From the NCBI GenBank assembly GCA_964464145.1, contig CAYXFB010000001.1, positions 55,132 to 119,131 of the forward strand: a stretch of DNA of 64,000 nucleotides, given 5' to 3'. A program made the translations under genes and the position numbers. Positions 62,235 through 64,000 of the stretch are shown here, piece after piece. The notes under the pieces were generated by a model that searched no databases, was not told where the DNA came from, and worked only from the letters and a program-made list of their open reading frames with translations. The DNA is from an uncultured Christensenella sp. GTDB taxonomy: Bacteria > Bacillota > Clostridia > Christensenellales > Christensenellaceae. How positions within the stretch are numbered: position 1 is the stretch's first letter; each line of letters starts with the position of its first letter.

Positions 62235-63500
62235 TCACACTTCCGCCGCGCCCTTTTGCTCCAGCAGATAGTGCTCTGCCTCCGCGCTCCACAGGCCGTT
62301 GTGGCGCTCCGTTATCTCGGCCAGCTTGGCGAAGAGCGGGTCCGTTTTGCCCTTTTCGGCGAAATCGTCTATGGCGGTGAGCGGCAGGTCTATCTGGTTG
62401 TATATCATCTTCTTGCCGCCCGGTATGCTGGGCAGGTTCAGCACAGCCTCGGGCACGCTGTCTATCCCGCCTATGTGGGTAAGCATGGCGGTGGGGTCTA
62501 TCACGCCCGTGTTCATAAGCGTCACCACCTCGCGCATATCCTCTATGCGACTGCCCGTGGTGCCCGTGAGATGCTGTGCGGCATAGTGCACATCAAAAAA
62601 GTTTATGCGCGCCGCCAGCTCCGTATCCGTGGGACCCGCGAAAAAGTTCAAACAGCCGTCGTAGCCCAGTATGCGGTTGCCCTGCTCTATAACGGCAGGC
62701 ACGGGCGCCATTACGAAAACATCGTCATAGCCGCCGCCCACCATGGCCTTGAGCTCCGCCACCGGGTCGGCCATCTTCGCCGTGTTCACATAGTGCAGCT
62801 CCACGCCCAGCTTGGCCGCTTTTTCGGCCGGCAACACCTTGGCCGCGCGCGCAAGCCGCGCCTCGTCTATATCCGTTACCACCATCACGGAGGGACGGTA
62901 TTCGCTGTTCATGGCGTAATCCACCGCGCCCAGCCCCATCGGGCCCGCGCTTGCCAAAAGAGCCAGCTTGCCGCCCTTCTTTATCTCCATCTCGTGCATG
63001 AAGCTGCGCGGATTCACGTGATAGCTGGCGTGATAGGCCGCAGCTATGCAGGCCATGGGCTCCGCCAGCGAACCGAAGTAAAATGCGTCAGAATCATAGT
63101 GTATGAGGAAATCGCGCTCCATCACTTGATTGGGTATGTTTATATATGTAGCGTTTCCGCCCACGTAGGGGAAGGAAAAGCCCGCCGATATGAGCGAATT
63201 TTCATAAAGCAGCGCCGTTTGCATTATAAATTTTTCGCCCGGCTTAAATTTGTGCTGCCATTTTTCGCCCACCTCGGTTATAACGCCGCACATCTCGTGG
63301 CCTATTATGGCGGGCGTATCAAGCAAGCTTTCGGGCGCGCGCTTGTGCTCCTGCCCCATCTTCGCCAGTTTGTATGTGGACATGCAAATGCTGTCCGTTA
63401 TCACCTTGGCGCGTATTTCGTCCGTGGCTATGTCGGGCAGCTCGTATGTCTGAAGCCGCAGATCGTCCTTGCCGTATATGCGTACCGCTCTTGTTTCCAT
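62235..63500 (-). CDS. zinc-binding MDR dehydrogenase, long SorE (L-sorbose-1-phosphate reductase)-like type
   Basis: GHEMCG zinc motif, GPMGLGAV Rossmann motif, and a ~70-aa C-terminal extension. ATG 63500 was chosen (the family N-terminus M-x-T-(R/K)-A-V-R-x-Y-G). Confidence 0.7.
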   Translation of the reverse strand: METRAVRIYGKDDLRLQTYELPDIATDEIRAKVITDSICMSTYKLAKMGQEHKRAPESLLDTPAIIGHEMCGVITEVGEKWQHKFKPGEKFIMQTALLYENSLISAGFSFPYVGGNATYINIPNQVMERDFLIHYDSDAFYFGSLAEPMACIAAAYHASYHVNPRSFMHEMEIKKGGKLALLASAGPMGLGAVDYAMNSEYRPSVMVVTDIDEARLARAAKVLPAEKAAKLGVELHYVNTAKMADPVAELKAMVGGGYDDVFVMAPVPAVIEQGNRILGYDGCLNFFAGPTDTELAARINFFDVHYAAQHLTGTTGSRIEDMREVVTLMNTGVIDPTAMLTHIGGIDSVPEAVLNLPSIPGGKKMIYNQIDLPLTAIDDFAEKGKTDPLFAKLAEITERHNGLWSAEAEHYLLEQKGAAEV

Positions 63501-63676
63501 AATTTTTTCGCCTTTCAATATATTATTGTTTGTTATCGTATCATTCCCTGAAGAGAGCATTTTGAGCAAAATATCACAAAGATACGAAAGCATATGATAA
63601 TATATTATAGCATGTGAGAATGCGGCGGGCAAGCGGCGGTTTTCGGCCGCGTAGCCGAAAAACATATCACTTTAAT

Positions 63677-63712
63677 AAAAAACCCATCAAGTCAAAAAAT
63701 TGGTGGGTTTTT
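63677..63712. terminator. bidirectional intrinsic terminator
   Basis: aaaaacccatcaa / ttggtgggttttt (one G-U). Confidence 0.7.
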
Positions 63713-63748
63713 GGGCAATCTATTCGCTGATATTTTCGGTCTTTATGG

Positions 63749-64000
63749 CTATACGGCCTTCACCAGCGCCGCGGATTGTACTATCTCCGCCTTTATGTCC
63801 TGCATCATGGCCTTGAGCTTGCCCGTTTCCTGCTTATAGATCAATGTGTGCGCAACGCCCTGCTGATTCGCGCGGCCCGTACGGCCTATGCGGTGCACAT
63901 AACAATTGCTGTCGTTCGGTATATCGTAATTTATGACCACATCTATATTGTTTACGTCTATGCCCCTCGCCGCCACATCTGTGGCAACCAGTATGTTCAC
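63749..64000 (-). CDS. DEAD-box RNA helicase, C-terminal end (5' part outside the window)
   Basis: [14 protein letters not shown] (motif V) and HRIGRTGR (motif VI). Confidence 0.88.
   Translation of the reverse strand: MNILVATDVAARGIDVNNIDVVINYDIPNDSNCYVHRIGRTGRANQQGVAHTLIYKQETGKLKAMMQDIKAEIVQSAALVKAV

Noticed and set aside
1-64000. Search for defence islands, prophage, integrative elements, toxin-antitoxin pairs, CRISPR, retrons and DGRs
   Set aside because: There are no integrase, recombinase, transposase, reverse transcriptase, nuclease/helicase defence signatures, capsid or terminase genes, or spacer-repeat arrays on either strand. The only mobile-looking DNA is the set of small non-coding repeats.

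Overview
This is a gene-dense 64-kb chromosomal window with about 62 protein-coding genes on both strands. GGAGG-type ribosome-binding sites, lipoprotein-type solute-binding proteins and many Fe-S/flavin redox genes suggest an anaerobic Firmicutes/Clostridia-type genome; the taxon is inference. I found no rRNA, tRNA, CRISPR array, transposase, integrase, phage or recognisable defence genes. Gene content in order: (1) 3' part of aspartate kinase, an AEC permease and single-chain purL. (2) A GntR-controlled ABC importer with two DeoC-fold genes and an FGGY kinase. (3) An alpha/beta-hydrolase-fold gene and ppa. (4) Envelope genes: a GT-C-like membrane protein and a CapA/Big_2 protein. (5) Rrf2 and HTH regulators. 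(6) A redox module: PNPOx-ferredoxin fusion, OYE/4Fe-4S reductase, PAS-LuxR. (7) trmO and a methyltransferase. (8) A second GntR-controlled locus: a BMP-type (nucleoside-type) ABC importer followed by an isochorismatase-like hydrolase, PfkB kinase, PNP/UDP phosphorylase, BtpA/SgcQ-like and TrpA-like barrels and an Fe-ADH. (9) MFS, SDR and RpiR genes. (10) An FTR-rubredoxin fusion, a Big_2 surface protein and a glutaredoxin-like gene. (11) A double-DUF1538 permease with two P-II-like genes. (12) EamA and an L,D-transpeptidase. (13) An agmatine-deiminase-pathway operon (ptcA, antiporter, aguA, extra amidohydrolase, arcC). (14) A LytTR-DUF3021-ABC-2 module. (15) deoD and small genes, a SorE-like dehydrogenase, and the 3' part of a DEAD-box helicase. 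Several things are not explained by the gene calls: several kinds of 85-165 bp imperfect-palindromic or repeated intergenic elements (two kinds present twice); a truncated Big_2 gene abutting one repeat copy; a duplicated terminator hairpin flanking a palindromic insert between purL and a GntR gene; repeated operator-like motifs upstream of the agmatine operon; and ATA as the dominant isoleucine codon. The best candidates for undescribed biology are the nucleoside-type catabolic locus (27.1-37.8 kb) and the paired DeoC-fold locus (7.3-14.0 kb). All functional proposals are inference from family resemblance judged by eye and from gene order; no searches were run.
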